Assembly (NCBI GenBank): GCA_964016885.1
Contig: OZ024740.1
Span: forward strand, 13,578,001 to 13,642,000
Reading direction: 5' to 3'
Length of the DNA stretch: 64,000 bases
Origin: Eledone cirrhosa
Taxonomy: Eukaryota
Shown piece by piece: positions 38,001 through 52,000 of the stretch; positions within the stretch are counted from its first letter, which is position 1, and the number at the start of each line of letters is the position of its first letter. Position numbers and translations under genes: made by a program. The notes beneath the pieces were generated by a model that ran no database searches, had not been told where the DNA came from, and saw only the letters and a program-made list of their open reading frames with translations.

Positions 38001-39560
38001 TGTTCTGGTAGTCAGACTGGTGTTCTGGTAGTCAGACTGGTGTTCTGGTAGTCAGACTGGTGATCTGGTAGTCAGAATGGTGTTCTGGTAGTCACAATGG
38101 TGTTCTGCTAGTCAGAATGGTGTTCTGGTAGTTAGAATGGATTTTCTGGTAGTCAGAATGGTGTTCTGGTAGTCCGAATGGTGTTCCGGTAGTCAGAATG
38201 GTGTTCTGGTAGTCAGACTGCTATTCTGGTAGTCAGACTGGTGTTCTGGTAGTCAGACTTGTTCTGGTAGTCAGACTAGTGTTCTGGTAGTCAGACTGGT
38301 GTTCTGGTAGTCAGAATGGTGTTCTGGTAGTTAGAATGGTTCTGGTAGTCAGAATGGTCTTCTGGTAGTCAGAATGGTGTTCTGGTAGTCAGACTGGTGT
38401 TCTGGTAGTCAGAATGGTGTTCTGGTAGTCAGCCTGGTGTTCTGGTAGTCAGACTGCTATTCTGGTAGTCAGACTGGTGTTCTGGTAGTCAGACTTGTTC
38501 TGGTAGTCAGACTAGTGTTCTGGCAGTCAGACTGGTGTTCTGGTAGTCAGAATGGTGTTCTGGTAGTCAGAATGGTTCTGATAGTCAGAATGGTTCTGGT
38601 AGTCAGAATGGTTCTGGTAGTCAGAAGGGTGTTCTGGTAGTCAGAATGGTGTTCTGGTAGTCAGAATGGTGTTCTGGTAGTCAGACTGGTGCTATGGTAG
38701 TTACAATGGTGTTCTGGTAGTCAGAATGGTTCTGGTAGTGAGAATGGTGTTCTGGTAGTCAGAATGGTGTTCTGGTAGTCAGAATGGTGTTCTGGTAGTC
38801 AGAATGGTTCTGGTAGTGAGAATGGTGTTCTGGTAGTCAGAATGGTCTTCTGGTAGTCAGAATGGTGTTCTGCTAGTCAGAATGGTGTTCTGGTAGTCAG
38901 ACTGGTGTTCTGGTAGTCAGAATGGTGTTCTGGTAGTCAGAATGGTGTTCTGGTAGTCAGAATGGTTCTGGTAGTGTGAATGGTGTTCTGGTAGTCAGAA
39001 TGGTGTTCTGGTAGTCAGAATGGTGTTCTGGTAGTCAGAATGGTGTTCTGGTAGTCAGACTGGTGTTCTGGTAGTCAGAATGGTGTTCTGGTAGTCAGAC
39101 TGATGTTCTGATAGTCAGACTGGTGTTCTGGTAGTCAGACTGGTGTTCTGGTAGTCAGAATGGTGTTCTGGTAGTCAGAATGGTTCTGGTAGTCAGAATG
39201 GTTTTCTGGTAGTCAGAATGGTGTTGTGGTAGTCAGAATGGTGTTCTGGTAGTCAGAATGGTCTTCTGGTAGTCAGAATGGTTCTGGTAGTCAGAATGGT
39301 GTTCTGGTAGTCAGAATGGTGTTCTGGTAGTCAGAATGGTTCTGGTAGTCAGAATGGTTCTGGTAGTCAGAATGGTGTTCTGGTAGTCAGAATGGTGTTG
39401 TGGCAGTCAGAATGGTGTTCTGGTAGTCAGAATGGTTCTGGTAGTCAGAAAGGTTCTGGTAGTCAGAAAGGTGTTCTGGTAGTCAGAATGGTGTTCTGGT
39501 AGTCAGAATGGTGTTCTGGTATACAGACTTGTGTTCTGGTAATCAGACTGGTGTTCATGT
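32090..39560. repeat. Nested tandem duplications: a 2987-bp unit duplicated, with a 1574-bp duplication (~34000-37150) spanning the junction
   Basis: AGAATGTTTTTTCT at 32295, 35282, 36856 (spacings 2987, 1574); TATACAGAC at 34959, 36533, 39520 (spacings 1574, 2987). Confidence 0.85.
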
Positions 39561-42044
39561 AGTCAGAATGGTGTTCTGGTAGTCAGACTGGTGTTCTCGT
39601 AGTCAGACTGGTGTTCTGGTAGTGAGAATGGTGTTCTGGTAGTCAGAATGGTGTTCTGGTAGTCAGAATGGTGTTCTGGTAGTCAGAATGATATTCTTGT
39701 AGTCAGAATGGTGTTCTGGTAGTCAGAATGGTGTTCTGGTAGTCAGAATAGTGTTATGGTAATCAGAATGGTGTTCTAGTAGTCAGAAGGGTTCTGGTAG
39801 TCAGAATGGTGTTCTGGTAGTCAGAATGGTGTTCTGGTAGACAGAATGGTGTTCTGGTAGTCAGAATGGTGTTCTAGTAGTCAGAAGGGTTCTGGTAGTC
39901 AGAATGGTGTTCTGGTAGTCAAAATGGTGTTCTGGTAGTCAGAATGGTGTTCTAGTGGTCAGAAAGGTTCTGGTAGTCACAATGGTGTTCTGGTAGTCAT
40001 AATGGTGTTCTAGTAGTCAGAAGGGTTCTGGTAGTCAGAATGGTGTTCTGGTAGTCAGAATGGTGTTCTGGTCGTCAGAATGGTGTTCTGGTAGTCAAAA
40101 TGGTGTTCTGGTAGTCAGAATGGTGTTCTGGTAGTTAGAATGGATTTTCTGGTAGTCAGAATGGTGTTCTGGTAGTCCGAATGGTGTTCCGGTAGTCAGA
40201 ATGGTGTTCTGGTAGTTAGAATGGTTCTGGTAGTCAGAATGGTCTTCTGGTAGTCAGAATGGTGTTCTGGTAGTCAGACTGGTGTTCTGGTAGTCAGAAT
40301 GGTGTTCTGGTAGTCAGCCTGGTGTTCTGGTAGTCAGACTGCTATTCTGGTAGTCAGACTGGTGTTCTGGTAGTCAGACTTGTTCTGATAGTCAGACTAG
40401 TGTTCTGGTAGTCAGACTGGTGTTCTGGTAGTCAGAATGGTGTTCTGGTAGTTAGAATGGTTCTGGTAGTCAGAATGGTCTTCTGGTAGTCAGAATGGTG
40501 TTCTGGTAGTCAGACTGGTGTTCTGGTAGTCAGAATGGTGTTCTGGTAGTCAGCCTGGTGTTCTGGTAGTCAGACTGCTATTCTGGTAGTCAGACTGGTG
40601 TTCTGGTAGTCAGACTTGTTCTGGTAGTCAGACTAGTGTTCTGGTAGTCAGACTGGTGTTCTGGTAGTCAGAATGGTGTTCTGGTAGTCAGAATGGTTCT
40701 GGTAGTCAGAATGGTTCTGGTAGTCAGAATGGTTCTGGTAGTCAGAATGGTGTTCGGGCAGTCAGAATGGTGTTCTGGTAGTCAGAATGGTGTTCTGGTA
40801 GTCAGACTGGTGCTATGGTAGTCAGAATTTTGTTCTGGTAGTCAGAATGGTGTTCTGGTAGTCAGAATGGTGTTCTGGTAGTCAGAATGGTGTTCTCGTA
40901 GTCAGACTGGTGCTATGGTAGTCAGAATGGTGTTCTGGTAGTCAGAATGGTTCTGGTAGTGAGAATGGTGTTCTGGTAGTCAGAATGGTGTTCTGGTAGT
41001 CAGAAGTGTGTTCTGGTAGTCAGAATGGTTCTGGTAGTGAGAATGGTGTTCTGGTAGTCAGAATGTGTTCTGGTAGTCAGAATGGTGTTCTGGTAGTCAG
41101 AATGGTGTTCTGGTAGTCAGAATGGTGTTCTGGTAGTCAGAATGGTTCTGGTAATGAGAATGGTGTTCTGGTAGTCAGAATGGTGTTCTGGTAGTCAGAA
41201 TGGTGTTCTGGTAGTCAGAATGCTGTTCTGGTAGTCAGACTGCTGTTCTGGTAGTCAGAATGGTGTTCTGGTAGTCAGAATGGTGTTCTGGTAGTCAGAC
41301 TGATGTTCTGGTAGTCAGACTGGTGTTCTGGTAGTCAGACTGGTGTTCTGGTAGTCAGAATGGTGTTCTGGTAGTCACAATGGTTTTGGTAGTCAGAATG
41401 GTTTTCTGGTAGTCAGAATGGTGTTGTGGTAGTCAGAATGGTGTTCTGGTAGTCAGAATGGTCTTCTGGTAGTCAGAATGGTTCTGGTAGTGAGAATGGT
41501 GTTCTGGTAGTGAGAATGGTGTTCTGGTAGTCAGAATGGTGTTTTGGTAGTCAGAATGGTGTTCTGTTAGTTAGAATGGATTTTCTGGTAGTCAGAATGG
41601 TGTTCTGGTAGTCCGAATGGTGTTCCGGTAGTCAGAATGGTGTTCTGGTTGTTAGAATGGTTCTGGTAGTCAGACTGGTGTTCTGGTAGTCAGAATGGTG
41701 TTCTGGTTATCAGCCTGGTGTTCTGGTAGTCAGACTGCTATTCTGGTAGACAGACTGGTGTTCTGGTAGTCAGACTTGTTCTGGTAGTCAGACTAGTGTT
41801 CTGGTAGTCAGACTGGTGTTCTGGTAGTCAGAATGGTGTTCTGGTAGTTAGAATGGTTCTGGTGGTCAGAATGGTCTTCTGGTAGTCAGAATGGTGTTCT
41901 GGTAGTCAGACTGGTGTTCTGGTAGTCAGAATTGTGTTCTGGTAGTCAGCCTGGTGTTCTGGTAGTCAGACTGCTATTCTGGTAGTCAGACTAGTGTTCT
42001 GGTAGTCAGACTTGTTCTGGTAGTCAGACTAGTGTTCTGGTAGT

Positions 42045-45000
42045 CAGACTGGTGTTCTGGTAGTCAGACTGGTGTTCTGGTAGTCAGAATGGTGTTCTGG
42101 TAGTCATAATTGTGTTCTGGTAGTCAGAATGGTGTTCTAGTAGTCAGAATGGTGTTCTGCTAGTCAGAATGGTGTTCTGGTAGTCAGAATGGTGTTCTGG
42201 TAGTCAGAATCGTGTTCTGGTAGTCACAATGGTGTTCTGGTAGTCAGAATGGTGTTCTGGTAGTCAGAATGGTGTTCTGGTAGTCAGAATGGTGTTCTGG
42301 TAGTCAGACTGATGTTCTGGTAGTCAGAATGGTGTTCTGTTAGTCAGAATGGTGTTCTGGTAGTCAGAATGATGTTCTGGTAGTCAGAATGGTGTTCTGG
42401 TAGTCAAAATGGTGTTCTGGTAGTCAGAATGGTGTTCTGATAGTCAAAATGGTGTTCTGGTAGTCAAAATGGTGTTCTGGTAGTCAGAATGGTGTTCTGG
42501 TAGTCAGACTTGTTCTGGTAGTCAGACTAGTGTTCTGGTAGTCATACTGGTGTTCTGGTAGTCAGAATGGTGTTCTGGTAGTCAGAATGGTTCTGGTAGT
42601 CAGAATGGTTCTGGTAGTCAGAAGGGTGTTCTGGTAGTCAGAATGGTGTTCTGGTAGTCAGAATGGTGTTCTGGTAGTCAGAATGGTGTTCTGGTAGTCA
42701 AAATGGTGTTCTGGTAGTCAAAATGGTGTTCTGGTAGTCAGAATGGTGTTCTGGTAGTCAGAATGGTGTTCTGGTAGTCAGAATGGTGTTCTGGTAGTCA
42801 GAATGGTGTTCTGTTAATCAGACTGATGTTCTGGTAGTCAGAATGGTGTTCTGGTAGTCAGAATGATGTTCTGGTAGTCAAAATGGTGTTCTGGTAGTCA
42901 GAATGGTGTTCTGATAGTCAGAATGGTGTTCTGGTAGTCAGAATGGTGTTCTGGTAGTCAAAATGGTGTTCTGGTAGTCAGAATGGTGTTCTGGTAGTCA
43001 GAATGGTGTTCTGGTAGTCAAAATGGTGTTCTGTTAGTCAAAATGGTGTTCTGGTAGTCAGAAAGGTGTTCTGGTTGTCAGAATGGTGTTCTGGTAGTCA
43101 GAATGGTGTTCTGGCAGTCAGAATGGTGTTCTGGTAGTCAGACTGGTGTTCTGGTAGTCAGAATGGTGTTCTGGTAGTCAGAATGGTGTTCTGGTAGTCA
43201 GAATGATGTTCTGGTAGTCAAAATGGTGTTCTGGTAGTCAGAATAGTGTTCTAGTAGTCAGAGTGGTGTTCTGGTAGTCAAAATGGTGTTCTGGTAGTCA
43301 GAATTGTGTTCTGGTAGTCAAAATGGTGTTCTGGTAGTCAGAATGGTGTTCTGGTAGTCAGAATGGTGTTCTGGTAGTCAGAATGGTGTTCTGGTAGTCA
43401 GAATGGTGTTCTGGTAGTCAAAATGGTGTTCTGGTAGTCAAAATGGTGTTCTGGTAGTCAGAATGGTGTTCTGGTAGTCAGAATGGTGTTCTGGTAGTCA
43501 GAATGGTGTTCTGGTAGTCAGAATGGCGTTCTGGTAGTCAAAATGGTTTTATGGTAGTCAGAATGGTGTTCTGGTAGTCAGAATGGTGTTCTGGTAGTCA
43601 GAATGGTGTTCTGGTAGTCAAAATGGTGTTCTGGTAGTCAGAATGGTGTTCTGGTAGTCAGAATGGTGTTCTGGTAGTCAGAATGGTGTTCTAGTAGTCA
43701 AAATGGTGTTCTGGTAGTCAGAATGGTGTTCTGGTAGTCAGAATGGTGTTCTGGTAGTCAGAATGGTGTTCTGGTAGTCAAAATGGTGTTCTGGTAGTCA
43801 GAATGTTTTTTCTGGTAGTCAGAATGGTGTTCTGGTAGTCAGAATGGTGTTCTGGTAGTCAGAATGGTGTTCTGGTAGTCAAAATGGTGTTCTGATAGTC
43901 ACAATGGTGTTCTGGTAGTCAGACTGGTGTTCTGGTAGTCAGAATGGTGTTCTGGTAGTCAGAATAGTTCTGGTAGTCAGACTGATGTTCTGGTAGTCAG
44001 AATGGTGTTCTGGTAGTCAGACTGGTGTTCTGGTAGTCAGACTGGTGTTTTTGGTAGTCAGAATGGTGTTCTGGTAGTCAGAATGGTGTTCTGGTAGTCA
44101 GACTTATGTTCTGGTAGTCAGAATTTTGTTCTGGTAGTCAGAATGGTGTTCTAATAGTCATAATGTTGTTCTGGTAGTCAGAATGGTGTTCTGGTAGTCA
44201 GAATGGTGTTCTGGTAGTCAGAATGGTGTTCTGTTAGTCAAAATGGTGTTCTGGTAGTCAAAATGGTGTTCTGGTAGTCAGAATGGTGTTCTGGTAGTCA
44301 GAATGGTGTTCTGGTAGTCAGAATGGTGTTCTGGTAGTCAAAATGGTGTTCTGGTATTCAAAATGGTGTTCTGATAGTCATACTGGTGTTCTGGTAGTCA
44401 GACTGGTGTTCTAGTAGTCAGAATAGTTCTGGTAGTCAGACTGATGTTTTGGTAGTCAGAATGGTGTTCTGGTAGTCAGACTGGTGTTCTGGTAGTCAGA
44501 CTGGTGTTCTGGTAGTCAAAATGGTGTTCTGGTAGTCAAAATGGTGTTCTGGTAGTCAGAATGGTGTTCTGGTAGTCAGACTGGTGTTCTAGTAGTCATA
44601 ATGGTGTTCTGGTAGTCAGAATGGCGTTCTGGTAGTCAGAATGGTGTTCTGGTAGTCAGACTGATGTTCTGGTAGTCAGAATGGTGTTCTGGTAGTCAGA
44701 ATGGTATTCTGGTAGTCAGACTGATGTTCTGGTAGTCAGAATGGTGTTCTGCTAGTCAGAATGGTGTTCTGGCAGTCAGACTGGTGTTCTGGTAGTGAGA
44801 ATGGTGTTCTGGTAGTCAGAATGGTGTTCTGGTAGTCAGAATGGTGTTCTGGTAGTCAGAATGGTGTTCTGGTAGTCAGAATGGTGTTCTTGTAGTCAGA
44901 CTGCTGTTCTGGTAGTCAGAATGGTGTTCTGGTAGTCAGACTGATGTTCTGGTAGTCAGACTGGTGTTCTGGTAGTCAGACTGGTGTTCTGGTAGTCAGA

Positions 45001-46510
45001 CTGGTGTTCTGGTAGTCAGAATGGTGTTCTGGTAGTCACAATGGTGTTCTGCTAGTCAGAATGGTGTTCTGGTAGTTAGAATGGATTTTCTGGTAGTCAG
45101 AATGGTGTTCTGGTAGTCCGAATGGTGTTCCGGTAGTCAGAATGGTGTTCTGGTAGTCAGACTGCTATTCTGGTAGTCAGACTGGTGTTCTGGTAGTCAG
45201 ACTTGTTCTGGTAGTCAGACTAGTGTTCTGGTAGTCAGACTGGTGTTCTGGTAGTCAGAATGGTGTTCTGGTAGTTAGAATGGTTCTGGTAGTCAGAATG
45301 GTCTTCTGGTAGTCAGAATGGTGTTCTGGTAGTCAGACTGGTGTTCTGGTAGTCAGAATGGTGTTCTGGTAGTCAGCCTGGTGTTCTGGTAGTCAGACTG
45401 CTATTCTGGTAGTCAGACTGGTGTTCTGGTAGTCAGACTTGTTCTGGTAGTCAGACTAGTGTTCTGGCAGTCAGACTGGTGTTCTGGTAGTCAGAATGGT
45501 GTTCTGGTAGTCAGAATGGTTCTGATAGTCAGAATGGTTCTGGTAGTCAGAATGGTTCTGGTAGTCAGAAGGGTGTTCTGGTAGTCAGAATGGTGTTCTG
45601 GTAGTCAGAATGGTGTTCTGGTAGTCAGACTGGTGCTATGGTAGTTACAATGGTGTTCTGGTAGTCAGAATGGTTCTGGTAGTGAGAATGGTGTTCTGGT
45701 AGTCAGAATGGTGTTCTGGTAGTCAGAATGGTGTTCTGGTAGTCAGAATGGTTCTGGTAGTGAGAATGGTGTTCTGGTAGTCAGAATGGTCTTCTGGTAG
45801 TCAGAATGGTGTTCTGCTAGTCAGAATGGTGTTCTGGTAGTCAGACTGGTGTTCTGGTAGTCAGAATGGTGTTCTGGTAGTCAGAATGGTGTTCTGGTAG
45901 TCAGAATGGTTCTGGTAGTGTGAATGGTGTTCTGGTAGTCAGAATGGTGTTCTGGTAGTCAGAATGGTGTTCTGGTAGTCAGAATGGTGTTCTGGTAGTC
46001 AGACTGGTGTTCTGGTAGTCAGAATGGTGTTCTGGTAGTCAGACTGATGTTCTGATAGTCAGACTGGTGTTCTGGTAGTCAGACTGGTGTTCTGGTAGTC
46101 AGAATGGTGTTCTGGTAGTCAGAATGGTTCTGGTAGTCAGAATGGTTTTCTGGTAGTCAGAATGGTGTTGTGGTAGTCAGAATGGTGTTCTGGTAGTCAG
46201 AATGGTCTTCTGGTAGTCAGAATGGTTCTGGTAGTCAGAATGGTGTTCTGGTAGTCAGAATGGTGTTCTGGTAGTCAGAATGGTTCTGGTAGTCAGAATG
46301 GTTCTGGTAGTCAGAATGGTGTTCTGGTAGTCAGAATGGTGTTGTGGCAGTCAGAATGGTGTTCTGGTAGTCAGAATGGTTCTGGTAGTCAGAAAGGTTC
46401 TGGTAGTCAGAAAGGTGTTCTGGTAGTCAGAATGGTGTTCTGGTAGTCAGAATGGTGTTCTGGTATACAGACTTGTGTTCTGGTAATCAGACTGGTGTTC
46501 ATGTAGTCAG
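42045..46510. repeat. Copy of block ~30560-35000 (offset 11485-11505 bp)
   Basis: ATAATTGTG 30621/42106; AGAATGTTTTTTCT 32295/43800; TATACAGAC 34959/46464. Confidence 0.8.
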
Positions 46511-49010
46511 AATGGTGTTCTGGTAGTCAGACTGGTGTTCTCGTAGTCAGACTGGTGTTCTGGTAGTGAGAATGGTGTTCTGGTAGTCAGAATGGTGTTC
46601 TGGTAGTCAGAATGGTGTTCTGGTAGTCAGAATGATATTCTTGTAGTCAGAATGGTGTTCTGGTAGTCAGAATGGTGTTCTGGTAGTCAGAATAGTGTTA
46701 TGGTAATCAGAATGGTGTTCTAGTAGTCAGAAGGGTTCTGGTAGTCAGAATGGTGTTCTGGTAGTCAGAATGGTGTTCTGGTAGACAGAATGGTGTTCTG
46801 GTAGTCAGAATGGTGTTCTAGTAGTCAGAAGGGTTCTGGTAGTCAGAATGGTGTTCTGGTAGTCAAAATGGTGTTCTGGTAGTCAGAATGGTGTTCTAGT
46901 GGTCAGAAAGGTTCTGGTAGTCACAATGGTGTTCTGGTAGTCATAATGGTGTTCTAGTAGTCAGAAGGGTTCTGGTAGTCAGAATGGTGTTCTGGTAGTC
47001 AGAATGGTGTTCTGGTCGTCAGAATGGTGTTCTGGTAGTCAAAATGGTGTTCTGGTAGTCAGAATGGTGTTCTGGTAGTTAGAATGGATTTTCTGGTAGT
47101 CAGAATGGTGTTCTGGTAGTCCGAATGGTGTTCCGGTAGTCAGAATGGTGTTCTGGTAGTTAGAATGGTTCTGGTAGTCAGAATGGTCTTCTGGTAGTCA
47201 GAATGGTGTTCTGGTAGTCAGACTGGTGTTCTGGTAGTCAGAATGGTGTTCTGGTAGTCAGCCTGGTGTTCTGGTAGTCAGACTGCTATTCTGGTAGTCA
47301 GACTGGTGTTCTGGTAGTCAGACTTGTTCTGATAGTCAGACTAGTGTTCTGGTAGTCAGACTGGTGTTCTGGTAGTCAGAATGGTGTTCTGGTAGTTAGA
47401 ATGGTTCTGGTAGTCAGAATGGTTTTCTGGTAGTCAGAATGGTGTTCTGGTAGTCAGACTGGTGTTCTGGTAGTCAGAATGGTGTTCTGGTAGTCAGCCT
47501 GGTGTTCTGGTAGTCAGACTGCTATTCTGGTAGTCAGACTGGTGTTCTGGTAGTCAGACTTGTTCTGGTAGTCAGACTAGTGTTCTGGTAGTCAGACTGG
47601 TGTTCTGGTAGTCAGAATGGTGTTCTGGTAGTCAGAATGGTTCTGGTAGTCAGAATGGTTCTGGTAGTCAGAATGGTTCTGGTAGTCAGAATGGTGTTCG
47701 GGCAGTCAGAATGGTGTTCTGGTAGTCAGAATGGTGTTCTGGTAGTCAGACTGGTGCTATGGTAGTCAGAATTTTGTTCTGGTAGTCAGAATGGTGTTCT
47801 GGTAGTCAGAATGGTGTTCTGGTAGTCAGAATGGTGTTCTCGTAGTCAGACTGGTGCTATGGTAGTCAGAATGGTGTTCTGGTAGTCAGAATGGTTCTGG
47901 TAGTGAGAATGGTGTTCTGGTAGTCAGAATGGTGTTCTGGTAGTCAGAAGTGTGTTCTGGTAGTCAGAATGGTTCTGGTAGTGAGAATGGTGTTCTGGTA
48001 GTCAGAATGTGTTCTGGTAGTCAGAATGGTGTTCTGGTAGTCAGAATGGTGTTCTGGTAGTCAGAATGGTGTTCTGGTAGTCAGAATGGTTCTGGTAATG
48101 AGAATGGTGTTCTGGTAGTCAGAATGGTGTTCTGGTAGTCAGAATGGTGTTCTGGTAGTCAGAATGCTGTTCTGGTAGTCAGACTGCTGTTCTGGTAGTC
48201 AGAATGGTGTTCTGGTAGTCAGAATGGTGTTCTGGTAGTCAGACTGATGTTCTGGTAGTCAGACTGGTGTTCTGGTAGTCAGACTGGTGTTCTGGTAGTC
48301 AGAATGGTGTTCTGGTAGTCACAATGGTTTTGGTAGTCAGAATGGTTTTCTGGTAGTCAGAATGGTGTTGTGGTAGTCAGAATGGTGTTCTGGTAGTCAG
48401 AATGGTGTTCTGGTAGTCAGAATGGTCTTCTGGTAGTCAGAATGGTTCTGGTAGTGAGAATGGTGTTCTGGTAGTCAGAATGGTGTTCTGGTAGTCAGAA
48501 TGGTGTTTTGGTAGTCAGAATGGTGTTCTGTTAGTTAGAATGGATTTTCTGGTAGTCAGAATGGTGTTCTGGTAGTCCGAATGGTGTTCCGGTAGTCAGA
48601 ATGGTGTTCTGGTTGTTAGAATGGTTCTGGTAGTCAGACTGGTGTTCTGGTAGTCAGAATGGTGTTCTGGTTATCAGCCTGGTGTTCTGGTAGTCAGACT
48701 GCTATTCTGGTAGACAGACTGGTGTTCTGGTAGTCAGACTTGTTCTGGTAGTCAGACTAGTGTTCTGGTAGTCAGACTGGTGTTCTGGTAGTCAGAATGG
48801 TGTTCTGGTAGTTAGAATGGTTCTGGTGGTCAGAATGGTCTTCTGGTAGTCAGAATGGTGTTCTGGTAGTCAGACTGGTGTTCTGGTAGTCAGAATTGTG
48901 TTCTGGTAGTCAGCCTGGTGTTCTGGTAGTCAGACTGCTATTCTGGTAGTCAGACTAGTGTTCTGGTAGTCAGACTTGTTCTGGTAGTCAGACTAGTGTT
49001 CTGGTAGTCA
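43604..49010. repeat. Copy of block ~36660-42050 (offset 6944-6964 bp)
   Basis: AGAATGTTTTTTCT 36856/43800; TATACAGAC 39520/46464; TTCGGGCAG 40755/47699 (position of the C); TTATCAGCC 41707/48671. Confidence 0.85.
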
Positions 49011-52000
49011 GACTGGTGTTCTGGTAGTCAGAATGGTGTTCTGGTAGTCAGAATGGTGTTCTGGTAGTCAGAATGGTGTTCTGCTAGTCAGAATGGTGTT
49101 CTGGTAGTCAGACTGGTGTTCTGGTAGTCAGAATGGTGTTCTGGTAGTCAGAATGGTTCTGGTAGTGAGAATGGTGTTCTGGTAGTCAGAATGGTGTTCT
49201 GGTAGTCAGAATGGTGTTCTGGTAGTCAGAATGGTGTTCTTGTAGTCAGACTGCTGTTCTGGTAGTCAGACTGGTGTTCTGGTAGTCAGAATGGTGTTCT
49301 GGTAGTCAGACTGATGTTCTGGTAGTCAGAATGGTGTTCTGGTAGTCAGAATGGTTCTGGTAGTCAGAATGGTTTTCTGGTAGTCAGAATGGTGTTGTGG
49401 TAGTCAGAATGGTGTTCTGGTAGTCAGAATGGTCTTCTGGTAGTCAGAATGGTTCTGGTAGTGAGAATGGTGTTCTGGTAGTCAGAATGGTGTTCTGGTA
49501 GTCAGAATGGTGTTCTGGTAGTCAGAATGGTTCTGGTAGTGAGAATGGTGTTCTGGTAGTCAGAATGGTGTTCTGGTAGTCAGAATGGTGTTCTGCTAGT
49601 CAGAATGGTGTTCTGGTAGTCAGAATGGTTCTGGTAGTGAGAATGGTGTTCTGGTAGTCAGAATGGTGTTCTGGTAGTCAGAATGGTGTTCTGGTAGTCA
49701 GAATGGTATTGTGGTAGTCAGAATGGTGTTCTGGTAGTCGGAATGGTGTTCTGGTAGTCAGAATGGTGTTCTGGTAGTTAGAATGGATTTTCTGGTAGTC
49801 AGAATGGTGTTCTGGTATTCCGAATGGTGTTCCGGTAGTCAGAATGGTGTTCTGGTAGTCAGACTGCTATTCTGGTAGTCAGACTAGTGTTCTGGTAGTC
49901 AGACTTGTTCTGGTAGTCAGACTAATGTTCTGGTAGTCAGACTGGTGTTCTGGTAGTCAGAATGGTGTTCTGGTAGTTAGAATGGTTCTGGTAGTCAGAA
50001 TGGTCTTCTGGTAGTCAGAATGGTGTTCTGGTAGTCAGACTGGTGTTCTGGTAGTCAGAATGGTGTTCTGGTAGTCAGCCTGTTGTTCTGGTAGTCAGAC
50101 TGCTATTCTGGTAGTCAGACTGGTGTTCTGGTAGTCAGACTTGTTCTGGTAGTCAGACTAGTGTTCTGGTAGTCAGACTGGTGTTCTGGTAGTCAGAATG
50201 GTGTTCTGGTAGTCAGAATGGTTCTGGTAGTCAGAATGGTTCTGGTAGTCAGAATGGTTCTGGTAGTCAGAAGGGTGTTCTGGTAGTCAGAATGGTGTTC
50301 TGGTAGTCAGAATGGTGTTCTGGTAGTCAGACTGGTGCTATGGTAGTTACAATGGTGTTCTGGTAGTCAGAATGGCGTTCTGGTAGTCAGAATGGTGTTC
50401 TGGTAGTCAGACTGGTGCTATGGTAGTTACAATGGTGTTCTGGTAGTCAGAATGGTTCTGGTAGTGAGAATGGTGTTCTGGTAGTCCGAATGGTGTTCCG
50501 GTAGTCAGAATGGTGTTCTGGTAGTTAGAATGGTTCTGGTAGTCAGACTGGTGTTCTGGTAGTCAGAATGGTGTTCTGGTTATCAGCCTGGTGTTCTGGT
50601 AGTCAGACTGCTATTCTGGTAGACAGACTGGTGTTCTGGTAGTCAGACTTGTTCTGGTAGTCAGACTAGTGTTCTGGTAGTCAGACTGGTGTTCTGGTAG
50701 TCAGAATGGTGTTCTGGTAGTTAGAATGGTTCTGGTGGTCAGAATGGTCTTCTGGTAGTCAGAATGGTGTTCTGGTAGTCAGACTGGTGTTCTGGTAGTC
50801 AGAATTGTGTTCTGGTAGTCAGCCTGGTGTTCTGGTAGTCAGACTGCTATTCTGGTAGTCAGACTAGTGTTCTGGTAGTCAGACTTGTTCTGGTAGTCAG
50901 ACTAGTGTTCTGGTAGTCAGACTGGTGTTCTGGTAGTCAGAATGGTGTTCTGGTAGTCAGAATGGTGTTCTGGTAGTCAGAATGGTGTTCTGCTAGTCAG
51001 AATGGTGTTCTGGTAGTCAGACTGGTGTTCTGGTAGTCAGAATGGTGTTCTGGTAGTCAGAATGGTTCTGGTAGTGAGAATGGTGTTCTGGTAGTCAGAA
51101 TGGTGTTCTGGTAGTCAGAATGGTGTTCTGGTAGTCAGAATGGTGTTCTTGTAGTCAGACTGCTGTTCTGGTAGTCAGACTGGTGTTCTGGTAGTCAGAA
51201 TGGTGTTCTGGTAGTCAGACTGATGTTCTGGTAGTCAGAATGGTGTTCTGGTAGTCAGAATGGTTCTGGTAGTCAGAATGGTTTTCTGGTAGTCAGAATG
51301 GTGTTGTGGTAGTCAGAATGGTGTTCTGGTAGTCAGAATGGTCTTCTGGTAGTCAGAATGGTTCTGGTAGTGAGAATGGTGTTCTGGTAGTCAGAATGGT
51401 GTTCTGGTAGTCAGAATGGTGTTCTGGTAGTCAGAATGGTTCTGGTAGTGAGAATGGTGTTCTGGTAGTCAGAATGGTGTTCTGGTAGTCAGAATGGTGT
51501 TCTGCTAGTCAGAATGGTGTTCTGGTAGTCAGACTGGTGTTCTGGTAGTCAGAATGGTGTTCTGGTAGTCAGAATGGTTCTGGTAGTGAGAATGGTGTTC
51601 TGGTAGTCAGAATGGTGTTCTGGTAGTCAGAATGGTGTTCTGGTAGTCAGAATGGTATTGTGGTAGTCAGAATGGTGTTCTGGTAGTCGGAATGGTGTTC
51701 TGGTAGTCAGAATGGTGTTCTGGTAGTTAGAATGGATTTTCTGGTAGTCAGAATGGTGTTCTGGTATTCCGAATGGTGTTCCGGTAGTCAGAATGGTGTT
51801 CTGGTAGTCAGACTGCTATTCTGGTAGTCAGACTAGTGTTCTGGTAGTCAGACTTGTTCTGGTAGTCAGACTAATGTTCTGGTAGTCAGACTGGTTTTTT
51901 TGGTAGTCAGAATGGTGTTCTGGTAGTTAGAATGGTTCTGGTAGTCAGAATGGTCTTCTGGTAGTCAGAATGGTGTTCTGGTAGTCAGACTGGTGTTCTG

